From: Pseudomonadota bacterium
Lineage (GTDB): Archaea > Thermoplasmatota > SW-10-69-26 > JACQPN01 > JAJPHT01
NCBI GenBank assembly: GCA_021325135.1
Contig: JAJPHT010000033.1
Coordinates: 15,129 to 79,128 of the forward strand
DNA length: 64,000 nucleotides
Direction: 5' to 3'
Under the pieces are notes generated by a model. The model had not been told where the DNA came from and made no database searches. It saw nothing but the letters and a program-made list of their open reading frames with translations. Of the stretch, positions 17,001 to 26,419 are shown in pieces (within the stretch, counting starts at the first letter, position 1; every line of letters starts with the position of its first letter). A program made the position numbers and the translations under genes.

Positions 17001-19373
17001 TTGACCGCGACCCACAACCAGGACCGCCTCGGGCGGCTGCGAGCGTTCGGCCTCTCGGACTACGCCGCGCGCGCCTACCTCGCGCTCCTGGACCTGGGCA
17101 TCGCGGAGGCGCGCGACGTCTCCACCCTCTCCAAGGTCCCGCAGGCGAAGATCTACGCCGTGCTGGAGCAGCTCCAGGAGAAGGGGCTCGTCCTCGTGCT
17201 CCCCGAGTTCCCCAAGAAGTACGCGCCCGTGCCCTTCGAGGAGCACCTCCAGCGACTCTTCGAGGAGCACACGCGCGCCGCGGCCACCATCGAGCGCGAG
17301 CGCGAGGAGCTGGCCGCCCTCTTCCGCGTCGTGGGCGACGCCGAGGTGGGCGACCGCGGCTTCTTCACGGTGCTGCGCGGCCGCCGCAACGTGCTGGGGC
17401 GCCTGGAGGAGATCGCCGAGGCGACGCGCCGCACGCTGCTGGTCCTCGCGACGCCCGGCTCCCTCGCCCGCGCCGACAGCCTGGTCCCCACGCTCGCCGC
17501 CGCGCGCGCCCGCGGCGTGGACGTGCGCGTCGTGGCGCCCATCGAGGCCGCCACGCTTCCCGCCCTCGCGCGCCTCGCGCCCCACGCGCGCGTCCGCGCC
17601 CGCGACCTGCGCGAGGACCACAAGGGGGACACCGTCGCCATCGTCGTCTCCGACGCGGAGCGCGCCTTCCTCATCCACTTCGTGCCCGACGACGGGAGCC
17701 TGGAGGAGGGCAAGGACGTCGGCGTGCACACGGACCAGGACGCCATGGTCGCGGCGATCCTCGCCATCCTCGACCCCCTGTGGGACCGCGCGACGCCCTA
17801 CGAGACGCGGCGGGAGGAGATCGAGGCGGGGCGCCTGCCCGCCTTCACGCGCGTCCACCCGTCGGGCGCCGAGGCGTGGCGCGCGTTCCAGGACGCGCTC
17901 CAGCGCGGCGGCCGCGAGGTCCGATATCTCGACGGAAGCCCCGCGGGCGCGCCGCTGCCGGACGCGGAGGCCATCGCCGCGACGCTGGAGGCTCGAGGAG
18001 GCTCCCTGCGCGCGGTCCTCAACCTGCCGACCCCCTCCGTCGTAAGCGCCTACGAGGCCCTGGAGCGCGCGCACCCCGGCCTCTCCATCCGCCACCTCTC
18101 GCCGCAGGTCTCCGCGCGCTGCTGGCTCCTGGACGACCGCGAGGGGTTCTTCGCCATCGCGCCCATGGACGGCCGCGGCCAGATCGTCGTCCACACCAGC
18201 GAGCCCGCCGCGCTGAGGTCCATGATATCATCCTTCGACGCCGCGTGGGACCTCGCCGCGCCCCTGCCGCTGCGCCGCCAGGAGCTGGAGATCTTCCCGC
18301 GCCTCCAGCCGGGCGACCTGGGCATCGGCATGCTGTTCAACCTCCTGGGCGACGCGGTCGTCGTCGCGGACTCCCACGGGCGCGTCGTCCTCTGGAACCC
18401 CGCCGCGGAGGAGACGTTCGGCTACGACGTGCAGGAGGCGTTGGGCCTCCACCTGGGCGCCCTCGTGCCGCCCGAGGAGCGCGAGCGCAGCCTCGGCTGG
18501 CTCGCCCGGCGCCCCGCTCGCAGCGAGCGGCTCGACCCCGACCGCGTGCGCCACGCGCGCGGCCTGCGCAAGGACGGCTCCATCATCGACCTGGAGGTGA
18601 TGGCCCGCCAGATCGACGCGCCGCGCAGCGGCGGCCCCTACGCGCTCGTCGTGCTGCGCGACGTCACCGCGCGCCTCGCCGCCGCGGACGCCGAGCGCCG
18701 CTCCCGCGACCGCATCCTGCGCATCTACGAGAGCATGCAGGACGCCTTCTTCGCGCTGGACCGCGACTGGCGCCTCATCTACATGAACCCGGTCGCGGAG
18801 CAGATGCGCACGGCCCCCAAGGAGAGGGTCCTCGGCCAGGTGCTCTGGGAGGCGTTCCCCGACCTCAAGGGGTCGCGCTTCGAGACGGAGTACCGCCGCG
18901 CGATGCGCGACAACGTCGCCGTCTCCGTCGAGGAGCACTACCCGCGCATGGGGCGCTGGTTCGAGGCGAAGGCGTACCCCGGGGAGGAGGGCCTCTCCGT
19001 CTACTACCGCGACGTCACCGCACGCAAGGAGGGCGAGGCGCGCTTCGCCCGCGCCTTCGAGAACGCGCCCCTGGGCGTCGTCATCGTGGGCGAGGGGGGC
19101 CGCTTCCTCCAGGCGAACCGCGCGTTCTGCCGCATGGTGGGCCTCGACGAGGCCGCGCTGCGCGAGCGCGCCCTGGAGGACGTGACCGCGCCCGCGGACC
19201 TCCACGCCAGCCGCGCCGCCGTGGGCGAGCTCGTCCACAAGGGCGCCGCCAGCGCCGTCCTGGAGGAGGGGTACGTGCGCCCCGACGGAAGCGTCGTGCG
19301 CGCGCGCACCACCCTCTCGCTGGTCCGCCGCGATCCCCTGGAGGTCGTCGCGCACGTGCAGGAGATGGGGTAG
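17001..19373 (+). CDS. TrmB-family HTH regulator fused to effector-type domains and three PAS domains
   Basis: FGLSDYAARAYLALL...SKVPQAKIYAVLEQLQEKGLV; PAS motifs WNPAAEETFGY, MNPVAEQ, ANRAFCRMVG; TTG start inferred. Confidence 0.85.
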   Translation: MTATHNQDRLGRLRAFGLSDYAARAYLALLDLGIAEARDVSTLSKVPQAKIYAVLEQLQEKGLVLVLPEFPKKYAPVPFEEHLQRLFEEHTRAAATIEREREELAALFRVVGDAEVGDRGFFTVLRGRRNVLGRLEEIAEATRRTLLVLATPGSLARADSLVPTLAAARARGVDVRVVAPIEAATLPALARLAPHARVRARDLREDHKGDTVAIVVSDAERAFLIHFVPDDGSLEEGKDVGVHTDQDAMVAAILAILDPLWDRATPYETRREEIEAGRLPAFTRVHPSGAEAWRAFQDALQRGGREVRYLDGSPAGAPLPDAEAIAATLEARGGSLRAVLNLPTPSVVSAYEALERAHPGLSIRHLSPQVSARCWLLDDREGFFAIAPMDGRGQIVVHTSEPAALRSMISSFDAAWDLAAPLPLRRQELEIFPRLQPGDLGIGMLFNLLGDAVVVADSHGRVVLWNPAAEETFGYDVQEALGLHLGALVPPEERERSLGWLARRPARSERLDPDRVRHARGLRKDGSIIDLEVMARQIDAPRSGGPYALVVLRDVTARLAAADAERRSRDRILRIYESMQDAFFALDRDWRLIYMNPVAEQMRTAPKERVLGQVLWEAFPDLKGSRFETEYRRAMRDNVAVSVEEHYPRMGRWFEAKAYPGEEGLSVYYRDVTARKEGEARFARAFENAPLGVVIVGEGGRFLQANRAFCRMVGLDEAALRERALEDVTAPADLHASRAAVGELVHKGAASAVLEEGYVRPDGSVVRARTTLSLVRRDPLEVVAHVQEMG

Positions 19374-19376
19374 GCC

Positions 19377-19892
19377 TCAGCGCGGCCTCGCGCTGGCGAT
19401 CTCCATGGCGAGGAACGTCGCGCTCACGTCCACGAGCCCGAGATAGCGGTCGAACGCGAGCCGCAGCGCGACCAGGAGCACGCTCGCCGAGGCGCTCCAC
19501 GCGGCGACGCGCGCCAGCAGCGCCCGCGTGAGGGCCACGTCCTGGGCGAGGGCCGCGGGGAGGCTCACCACCTGCACGACGCCCGCGAAGGCCGCCGTCA
19601 CGACGCCCAGCGCAAGGAGGAGCGTCACCGCCGAGCGGAGGCGCTGCACGCGCACCGCGTGGGTCACGGCCTTGCAGAAGCGCTCGCGCAGCGCGGGCTC
19701 GTCGCGCGACTCGGGCGCGCTCTCCAGCTCCCCCAGGAAGCTCGCCATGAGGCGATACTTGCTGCGCAGGAACCAGCGCGCGAAGTCCAGGGCGCCGTTG
19801 CCCAGGCGCCGCGCCGCGCCGTGGTGATCCTCGCCGAAAAGGGGCTGCCGGCGCGCGAGGCGCCGCTCCTTCCGGCCAGCGGTCTGGGGCAT
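19377..19892 (-). CDS. Hypothetical membrane protein
   Basis: ATG start, two TM segments, GC3 bias. Confidence 0.65.
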   Translation of the reverse strand: MPQTAGRKERRLARRQPLFGEDHHGAARRLGNGALDFARWFLRSKYRLMASFLGELESAPESRDEPALRERFCKAVTHAVRVQRLRSAVTLLLALGVVTAAFAGVVQVVSLPAALAQDVALTRALLARVAAWSASASVLLVALRLAFDRYLGLVDVSATFLAMEIASARPR

Positions 19893-19954
19893 CGCGACGC
19901 AGGTTGCGCAGGCGGGGGGTCAGGCGTTGTGGCCGAGGGGTCGATGGGCGCGCC

Positions 19955-20617
19955 CTACGCGGGGGTGAACGTCGTGGGCCTCGGCCGGTGGCCCAGCGCC
20001 GCGACCATGCCGCCCAGCGCCCACGCGTCGGCCGCCGCGAGGAGGCCGGGCGCGCTGGTCGCCTTCGCCGCGAGGACCGCCGCCAGCGCCACGGCGGCGC
20101 CCGCCAGCAGCGCGGGGCGGGCCACGACGCCGGGCTCGTAGAAGAGCTGCGTCCAGGGACGCTGCGAGACGCGCCCCATGATCGCCGTCGCGAGCGTCCG
20201 CGCGCACACGAGCAGCGCGGCCGCCAGGCCCGCGGCGAGGAGGAGCCACGCGGCGAAGCCTCCAGGGGGCCGCGCCAGCGCCAGGGCGACCCCGACCCAC
20301 GCGGCCGCGGCGCCCAGCCCGCACTGGAGGATGAGGACGGGGCCGATGGCGCGCTCCAGCATCGCGCCGGAAAGCTCGCGCCCCGCCAGCGCGGTCGCGA
20401 GGCCCGCCACGACGGGGATTGCGAGGAGGACCAGGGCGAGCGCTTGGATCAGCAAGGGGAAGGAGAAGTCCTGGGCGAAGCCCAGCGCCGCCGCTCCGAC
20501 GAGGCTGGGGTCGTAGGCGAGGATCGCGACGCCGACCGCGACGGGCGCCATGACGAAGTCGGCGACGCCCACGCGCAGCAGCACGCGGCCCACGCGCCGC
20601 AGCCCGGGCACGCTCAC
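19955..20617 (-). CDS. Hypothetical polytopic membrane protein
   Basis: Hydrophobic C-terminal part of ORF 19955..21622; GTG overlaps the upstream gene stop. Confidence 0.65.
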   Translation of the reverse strand: MSVPGLRRVGRVLLRVGVADFVMAPVAVGVAILAYDPSLVGAAALGFAQDFSFPLLIQALALVLLAIPVVAGLATALAGRELSGAMLERAIGPVLILQCGLGAAAAWVGVALALARPPGGFAAWLLLAAGLAAALLVCARTLATAIMGRVSQRPWTQLFYEPGVVARPALLAGAAVALAAVLAAKATSAPGLLAAADAWALGGMVAALGHRPRPTTFTPA

Positions 20618-21924
20618 CACCGGAACGTCCTCTCCGCGACGCCTGCGGGGGGAGACTTCCCGGTGACCTCCTTCACGATGCGCCAGAAGGTGGGGTTGTC
20701 CACGCCGTTGTGCTCGACGTCCCACCTGCGGTAGCGCTCGACGAACGACGCGACGCCGCCCTTGCTCTGCCCCTCGGTGTGGGCCTTGATGCGGTTCGCG
20801 ATCTCCAGGAGCTGCTCCTTGGGGACGTTCGCGAGGCCGTTCTTCTCCAGGCGGTCCGCGACCGCGGTGGTGCCGGTGTGCTTGCCGAAGACGAAGCGCC
20901 GCTCGCGGCCCAGGTCCTCGGCCTGGATGGGCTCGTAGGTGGCGGCGTTCTTGATGACGCCGTCGGTGTGGATGCCGCTCTCGTGGGTGAACGCGTTGTA
21001 GCCCACGACGGGCTGCGTGAGCCCCACGGGGATGCCGCTGGCCATCTCGACGGCGCGGCTGAGCTCCATGAGCTTCTCCACCTTGATGTTGGTCTTGACC
21101 TTGTAGAGGTCGCGCAGCGCCATGACGACCTGCTCGAAGGCGACGTTGCCCGCGCGCTCGCCGATGCCGTTGATGGTGCAGTTGATGACCGGGATGCCTT
21201 CCTCGATGGCGGCGAGGGCGTTGGCGGTCCCGAGGCCGTAGTCGTTGTGGTTGTGGAAGCCGAACTCGGCCTTGCTGCTGACGCGGCGCTTGATCTCGCG
21301 GAACCACCAGCGCGTGGCGGCGGGCGTCATGACGCCCACGGTGTCGCAGAAGAGCGCGCGGTCGGCGCCCGCGTCGATGCAGCGGTTGTAGAGCGTCTGC
21401 ACGACGTCCAGGTCGGCGCGCACGGTGTCCTCGGTGACGATGGTGGTCTTCAGGCCGTGGCTCTTGGCGTACTCGACGCTCTTCACGGCCATCTCGATGG
21501 CCTCCTCGCGCGTCTTCTTGAGCTTGAACTTCAGGTGCACGTCGCTGATGGCGATGAAGGGGGAGACCTCGTCCACGTCCGCCTTGAGGCAGGCGTCGAT
21601 GTCGCTCTGCACGGTGCGGCACGCGCCCAGGACGCTCGCGCGGAGCCCCTCCTTGGCGATGGCCTTCACCGCCGCGACCTCGCCGGGCGAGATGGCCGGG
21701 ATGCCGCAGTTGAGGATGTCCACGCCGATCTCGTCGAGCATCTTGGCGAGGCGGACCTTCTCCTCCAGCGTGTAGTAGACGCCCGGCGTCTGCTCGCCGT
21801 CGCGCAGCGTCTCGTCCCAGAAGACCACGCGCTCCGGGAGCGTGCGCGGCAGGCCGGCCTCCAGGTTGTAGTTGTGGACGAGGATCTCGTCGCGCCGCGC
21901 CGGGGTCTCGTGGGGAGCCGACAT
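20614..21924 (-). CDS. DRE-TIM acyltransferase (homocitrate/isopropylmalate/citramalate synthase family) without the C-terminal regulatory domain
   Basis: DETLRDGEQTPG, HNHNDYG, GIGERAGN, HESGIHTDG, GKHTG. Confidence 0.9.
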   Translation of the reverse strand: MSAPHETPARRDEILVHNYNLEAGLPRTLPERVVFWDETLRDGEQTPGVYYTLEEKVRLAKMLDEIGVDILNCGIPAISPGEVAAVKAIAKEGLRASVLGACRTVQSDIDACLKADVDEVSPFIAISDVHLKFKLKKTREEAIEMAVKSVEYAKSHGLKTTIVTEDTVRADLDVVQTLYNRCIDAGADRALFCDTVGVMTPAATRWWFREIKRRVSSKAEFGFHNHNDYGLGTANALAAIEEGIPVINCTINGIGERAGNVAFEQVVMALRDLYKVKTNIKVEKLMELSRAVEMASGIPVGLTQPVVGYNAFTHESGIHTDGVIKNAATYEPIQAEDLGRERRFVFGKHTGTTAVADRLEKNGLANVPKEQLLEIANRIKAHTEGQSKGGVASFVERYRRWDVEHNGVDNPTFWRIVKEVTGKSPPAGVAERTFRW

Positions 21925-22332
21925 GCGTCTCTTCGCGGACGATGGGGGCGGCATGTTTTCAACGTGTCGCCCCCGGGGGCACGCCGGCCTGGGCGCTGCG
22001 CCCGCCTCCACGAAGCGACCCCAGCGGAGATGCCGAGGGCGGCCTTGTCCTCCTCGGCGTGCCTGACGCGCAAGGACGGCAAGGCGATGGTCTGCGACAT
22101 CCTCGGCGTCAAGGTCGGGGGCCGGGGCCGCTGCCTCGGCCGAACCGGGTCACCCGCTTCGTCGCCTGAGCCGCGCTGGCGGCCTGCCCTGCCGCGACGC
22201 TCACGCTCACGAGCGTCACCCCGCCCAATACGCAATGCTTAATACGCGCACGGACCGCTTGATGCTTGAGCGGACAGCGCCGCACCGACGCGCCCGCCCG
22301 GGGGGTTGGAAGGCCCCCGTGGTGAACCCCGC

Positions 22333-22680
22333 ATGAAGACGATGCTCATCGTGGAGAACTCGCAGGGCCGCGAGCGCCTCTTCCGGGCAGCGGAGGAGTC
22401 GCTTGGCGAGAACGAGGCGATCGTCAAGATCACCGACACCATCAGCCTCGAGTCCTCCACCCTCACGGTCCCCCTCAGCCACAACGCCGAGGTCGTCGCC
22501 CGGGAAGCCCCCAAGCTGCTCCCCGGCGGCGTGACCGCGCTCATCTCCTACGTCAAGGTCCCCGCGGACGCCCTCAAGGCGACCGAATACCGCATGGAAG
22601 GCACCGAGATCATCGGCTCCCGCGAGGTCAACCTCCAGGCCGAGCGCATCGGCCGCAAGCGCGACGAAGCCTCCGCATAG
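22333..22680 (+). CDS. Hypothetical protein
   Basis: 115-aa ORF with typical codon bias; ATG at 22333. Confidence 0.7.
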   Translation: MKTMLIVENSQGRERLFRAAEESLGENEAIVKITDTISLESSTLTVPLSHNAEVVAREAPKLLPGGVTALISYVKVPADALKATEYRMEGTEIIGSREVNLQAERIGRKRDEASA

Positions 22681-22757
22681 GCGCCCGCTCGGCCGCTGCC
22701 AAACGCGGGGCTCGCTCCCCTGGTGTTTTGGTCGTCTGCTGGAACGTTTCCTTCACG

Positions 22758-22856
22758 TCAGGGGGCTTCGCCCCCTGAAACCCCCTCGGGTCGCCGCGCT
22801 GCGGCGCGGCCGGACGACGATTTGCTTCGGGGGGCCGCGCCCCCCGAACCCCCCGC
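22758..22856. repeat. Two REP-like GGGG-hairpin-ACCCCC motifs
   Basis: GGGGGCTTCGCCCCCTGAAACCCCC and GGGGGCCGCGCCCCCCGAACCCCCC. Confidence 0.6.
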
Positions 22857-22901
22857 TTTTGTCCGCTTAGTTCTTGACCCATTCGCGCCATCGCGGCGCG
22901 C

Positions 22902-24407
22902 TTGCCACCCTTCTGGGCCCAGGTCCGCGAACGCTACCTCGCCCGCAAGCCCCCCTCCGCCATGCGCCGCCAAGCGCAGGAGAGCCAGCTGGCCCGCACG
23001 CTGGGCGTCTGGGAACTGACCGCGCTGGGCATCGGCGGCATCATCGGCGCCGGCATCTTCACCACGACGGGCATCATCGTGGGCGCCTACACGGGCCCCG
23101 CCATCGCCGTCTCCTTCATCATCGCGGCCGTCGTGAGCGCGCTGGCCGGCCTCGCCTACGCCGAGCTTTCCGCCATGATGCCCCTGGGCGGAAGCGCGTA
23201 CACCTACGCCTACGCGAGCTTCGGCGAGCTGACCGCATGGGTCCTCGGCTGGGCGCTCCTCCTGGAGTACGCCATCGGCAACATGGCCGTGGCCTCGGGC
23301 TTCAGCGCCAACTTCAGCGCGCTCCTGGACGCCGCGGGCGTGCATCTCCCCACCGCGCTGCGCGCCGCGCCCTGCGTCGCGCCCCCGTGCACGGCCAGCG
23401 GCATCGTCGACCTGCCCGCGTTCCTCATCGTGATGCTGGTCACGCTCCTGCTCCTGCGCCCCGTGAAGGAGAGCGCGCGCACGAACCTCGTCCTCGTCGT
23501 GACGAAGATCGCCATCATCGCGCTCTTCCTCGTCATCGCGCTGCCCAACGTCAAGGCGTCCAACCTCTCCCCCTTCGCGCCCTTCGGCGTGGGCGGCGTC
23601 CTCGCGGGCGCGGCGCTCATCTTCTTCTCCTTCATCGGCTTCGACGCCGTGAGCACGGCCGCCGAGGAGACCCGCAACCCGCAGCGCGACGTGCCCCGCG
23701 GCATCCTCCTGAGCCTCGGCGTCTGCACCGTCTTCTACATCCTCGTGGGGCTGGGCCTCACGGGCGTCGTCAACTACAAGGCCCTCGCCGGAAGCGGCGA
23801 TCCCCTGGCCGCGGTGCTCAACGCCGCGGGCCACCCGAGCGTCGCCATCGTCATGAACCTCGGCGGCATCCTCGCGACGGTGAGCGTGCTCCTGGTCTTC
23901 CAGCTGGGCACGAGCCGCATCTTCTTCACCCTCGCGCGGGACGGCCTGATCCCCGCCGCGTTCACGCGCGTGAGCCCCCGCTGGAAGACGCCCACGCGCA
24001 TCACGCTGGTGAGCGGCGCGTTCGTGGCGGTCTTCTCCGCCCTCCTGCCGCTGAACCTCCTCCTCCAGCTCACCAACATCGGCACGCTCTTCGCCTTCGC
24101 GATCGTCATGGCGGGCGTGCTCTACCTGCGCAAGAAGGACCCCGACGTGCCGCGCCCCTTCCGCATGCCCGCCACGCCCTGGAGCGTCTTCCTGGGCATC
24201 GCCCTGTGCGTGGGCCTCGTGGCGTCGCTGCCCAACCTGCCCCTCACCCTCATGGGATTCCTCATGTGGATGGGCATCGGCCTCATGATCTACGCCGGCT
24301 ACGGCGCGCGGCGGTCGCGCCTCCGGGCCGGCGTCGTGGTGCCTGGCCCCGTGGCCCCGGACGACCCGGGAGCCATCGAGAAGGAGATCGCGCTTGGAGA
24401 AGGGTAG
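22902..24407 (+). CDS. APC-family amino acid permease
   Basis: GIGGIIGAGIF, GSAYTY, FIGFDAVSTAAEE, RDGLIP; ~12 TM segments. Confidence 0.93.
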   Translation: MPPFWAQVRERYLARKPPSAMRRQAQESQLARTLGVWELTALGIGGIIGAGIFTTTGIIVGAYTGPAIAVSFIIAAVVSALAGLAYAELSAMMPLGGSAYTYAYASFGELTAWVLGWALLLEYAIGNMAVASGFSANFSALLDAAGVHLPTALRAAPCVAPPCTASGIVDLPAFLIVMLVTLLLLRPVKESARTNLVLVVTKIAIIALFLVIALPNVKASNLSPFAPFGVGGVLAGAALIFFSFIGFDAVSTAAEETRNPQRDVPRGILLSLGVCTVFYILVGLGLTGVVNYKALAGSGDPLAAVLNAAGHPSVAIVMNLGGILATVSVLLVFQLGTSRIFFTLARDGLIPAAFTRVSPRWKTPTRITLVSGAFVAVFSALLPLNLLLQLTNIGTLFAFAIVMAGVLYLRKKDPDVPRPFRMPATPWSVFLGIALCVGLVASLPNLPLTLMGFLMWMGIGLMIYAGYGARRSRLRAGVVVPGPVAPDDPGAIEKEIALGEG

Positions 24408-24454
24408 GCCCACCTCGGACTCCGCCTGAGGGTCTGCTCTTTTCGTCACCCCTC

Positions 24455-24508
24455 AACGCGACGACGCCACGATTCCCCAAGCGTTGCGTCGTGGCGTCCA
24501 GTGGTAAC
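24455..24508. repeat. 8-mer-based dispersed repeat ending TCCAGTGGTRAC
   Basis: AACGCGACGACGCCACGATTCCCCAA...TCGTGGCGTCCAGTGGTAAC; related copies at 34141, 37550 and 44840. Confidence 0.7.
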
Positions 24509-24555
24509 GAAGCATCAAACCCGAGAAGGCCCCGAGCAGGCCAGCCCTCTCAGAC

Positions 24556-25125
24556 TCAGACCTCGCCCCAGAGCCCGACCTGCCCCTCGGCGATGAGGGA
24601 GTCCAGCGCGCGGCTGAAGGTGCTCACCCAGCGGAAGGTCCACGCGGCGCGGCCGGCGAGGGCGCCCAGGACGATGCCGTTGGCGACGGTGACGCCCGCG
24701 CCGAAGGGGAGCGCCCAGGGCTGGTCGGCCCAGAGCGCGCCGAAGAGGACGGCGTTGGCCACGAGGAGAGCGGTCCAGGCGATGGCCTCGACGCGCATCG
24801 CGGGGCCCTTCTGGCGGACCGCGCGCTCGACGTCCGAGAGGCGCCCCGCGGTGAGGGACATGCGCATCCAGGCGTTCCACCCTTCGCGCAGGCTCGCCTC
24901 GTGGCGGCGCGTCTCGAAGCGCCCGACAAGCGCGCCCAGGCCGCCGCCCAGGAGGAGGGCTCCGGCGCCCATCCAGACGATCCACCCCAGCAGGGGCTGG
25001 TCCGTCAACTCCGCCATGAAGTAGGCGGGGACGGCGAAGAGGGCCATGAGGACGAGCGTGCGGGCGTGGGCCTTGCGCTCGCGCTTGAGCAGGGAGAGGA
25101 ACTGGTCGGTGACGCCGCGGGGCAT
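24556..25125 (-). CDS. Hypothetical four-TM membrane protein
   Basis: ATG start, four hydrophobic segments. Confidence 0.75.
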   Translation of the reverse strand: MPRGVTDQFLSLLKRERKAHARTLVLMALFAVPAYFMAELTDQPLLGWIVWMGAGALLLGGGLGALVGRFETRRHEASLREGWNAWMRMSLTAGRLSDVERAVRQKGPAMRVEAIAWTALLVANAVLFGALWADQPWALPFGAGVTVANGIVLGALAGRAAWTFRWVSTFSRALDSLIAEGQVGLWGEV

Positions 25126-25135
25126 GGGAGGGACC

Positions 25136-25360
25136 TCAGGTGTTGCGGGCGCGGTAGAGCCGGGTCGCGAGGACTCCGTCGATGCGCTTCAGGTCGGCCT
25201 GCACGCGGCCCACGTCGGGGGCCTCCACCTTCAGCGCGATGGCGTTGGGGTAGAGGAGGCTCCGGTGGGTGATGGCCGGGATCCGGGCGAGGGCCTCAAG
25301 GACCTGGCCTTCGCGTCCTGGCAGGGTCTCAAGGAGGAGAAAGCCGCTGCTCACGTGCAT
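25136..25360 (-). CDS. Stand-alone Lrp/AsnC ligand-binding (RAM) domain protein
   Basis: GFLLLETLPGREGQVLEALARIP...IALKVEA...LKRIDGVLATR pattern. Confidence 0.65.
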   Translation of the reverse strand: MHVSSGFLLLETLPGREGQVLEALARIPAITHRSLLYPNAIALKVEAPDVGRVQADLKRIDGVLATRLYRARNT

Positions 25361-25476
25361 CCATCCGATCCCTGGGCACTTCGCCAGGGGTTATGGGCTT
25401 TCGCTTTTGGAACTCCCGCGGACCTTCCGGGCCCCTGGCAGGAAAACCTTGATAAGCACGCGCATGGCGTCCGGGG

Positions 25477-26415
25477 GTGATGTCCCGAGGCTTCGGCGCC
25501 CGGGCCGGCCTCCTCGTGGCGCTGGCCCTCCTGCTCATCGCGTCCTTCGCCCCCCTGGCGGCGGCGGACCACTCGTTCTCCCACCGCTACCTGATCTACG
25601 GGCGCGTCGTGGACGCCAACCACAACCCCGTCCAGAACGTGACCGTGAGCGTGGGCTACGACGACGTGTTCGCGGGCAACCTGGAGGGCCCCTGCGCCAA
25701 CCAGCCCGACACCGAGACCGAGGCCTACGGCGTGACGAAGACCGTCCCCGTCACCAACCAGTACGGCGAGTTCATGTTCTGCTTCCACCACCACGGGCTC
25801 TCCCGCGGCCTGCCGGGCAAGATCACGCTGCGCATCGACGAGGAGAACAACTACTCGCGCACGTTCGACGTGGACCCGTACTTCCGCATCACGCAGACCA
25901 CGGAGCAGCTCGACCACGTGAGCGCGCACGCGAACCCCGACGCGCTGAACTCCTCCTACGTCATCCAGGGCCGCATCTGGCGCCCCGCGGGCAAGACCGT
26001 GTACGTCGAGGGCAACCCCGTCTTCGGCAACACCGTCAACAACGAGGCCGTCAACATCACGTTCACCCACGACGGCAAGACGGAGACGTTCTCCACGCGC
26101 ACCAACAACTACGGCGACTTCGCGTACCGCGTGAACGTCACGCAGATGCCCACCTCGGGCACGGTCGCCATCCAGAGCGTGGGCGAGACGCACACGTTCA
26201 ACGTGGACCCCGCCTCCCCGGGCGTCCTCTCGGTGGAGATCAACGCCGCGTCCCCGGCCGACCCCTTCCTGCGCGGCATGCTCATCGCGGGCGGCGTCGT
26301 CGTGGGCCTCGCCGTCATCGGCGGTGGCGGCTGGTACGGCTTCAAGAAGATGAGCTCCCGCCGCGAGGAGCAGGCGATGCGCGACCGCGCGACGCGCAAG
26401 CGCGCGAACAAGTGA
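25477..26415 (+). CDS. Secreted protein with C-terminal membrane anchor and two prealbumin/carboxypeptidase-regulatory-like repeats
   Basis: Signal peptide; YLIYGRVVD...TNQYGEF and YVIQGRIW...TNNYGDF; C-terminal TM plus basic tail. Confidence 0.8.
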   Translation: MMSRGFGARAGLLVALALLLIASFAPLAAADHSFSHRYLIYGRVVDANHNPVQNVTVSVGYDDVFAGNLEGPCANQPDTETEAYGVTKTVPVTNQYGEFMFCFHHHGLSRGLPGKITLRIDEENNYSRTFDVDPYFRITQTTEQLDHVSAHANPDALNSSYVIQGRIWRPAGKTVYVEGNPVFGNTVNNEAVNITFTHDGKTETFSTRTNNYGDFAYRVNVTQMPTSGTVAIQSVGETHTFNVDPASPGVLSVEINAASPADPFLRGMLIAGGVVVGLAVIGGGGWYGFKKMSSRREEQAMRDRATRKRANK

Positions 26416-26419
26416 GACC

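Noticed and set aside
21960-22300. Possible leader peptide, riboswitch or gene remnant upstream of the synthase
   Set aside because: No Leu/Lys-rich leader or recognisable aptamer consensus; the ORF fragment is unconvincing.
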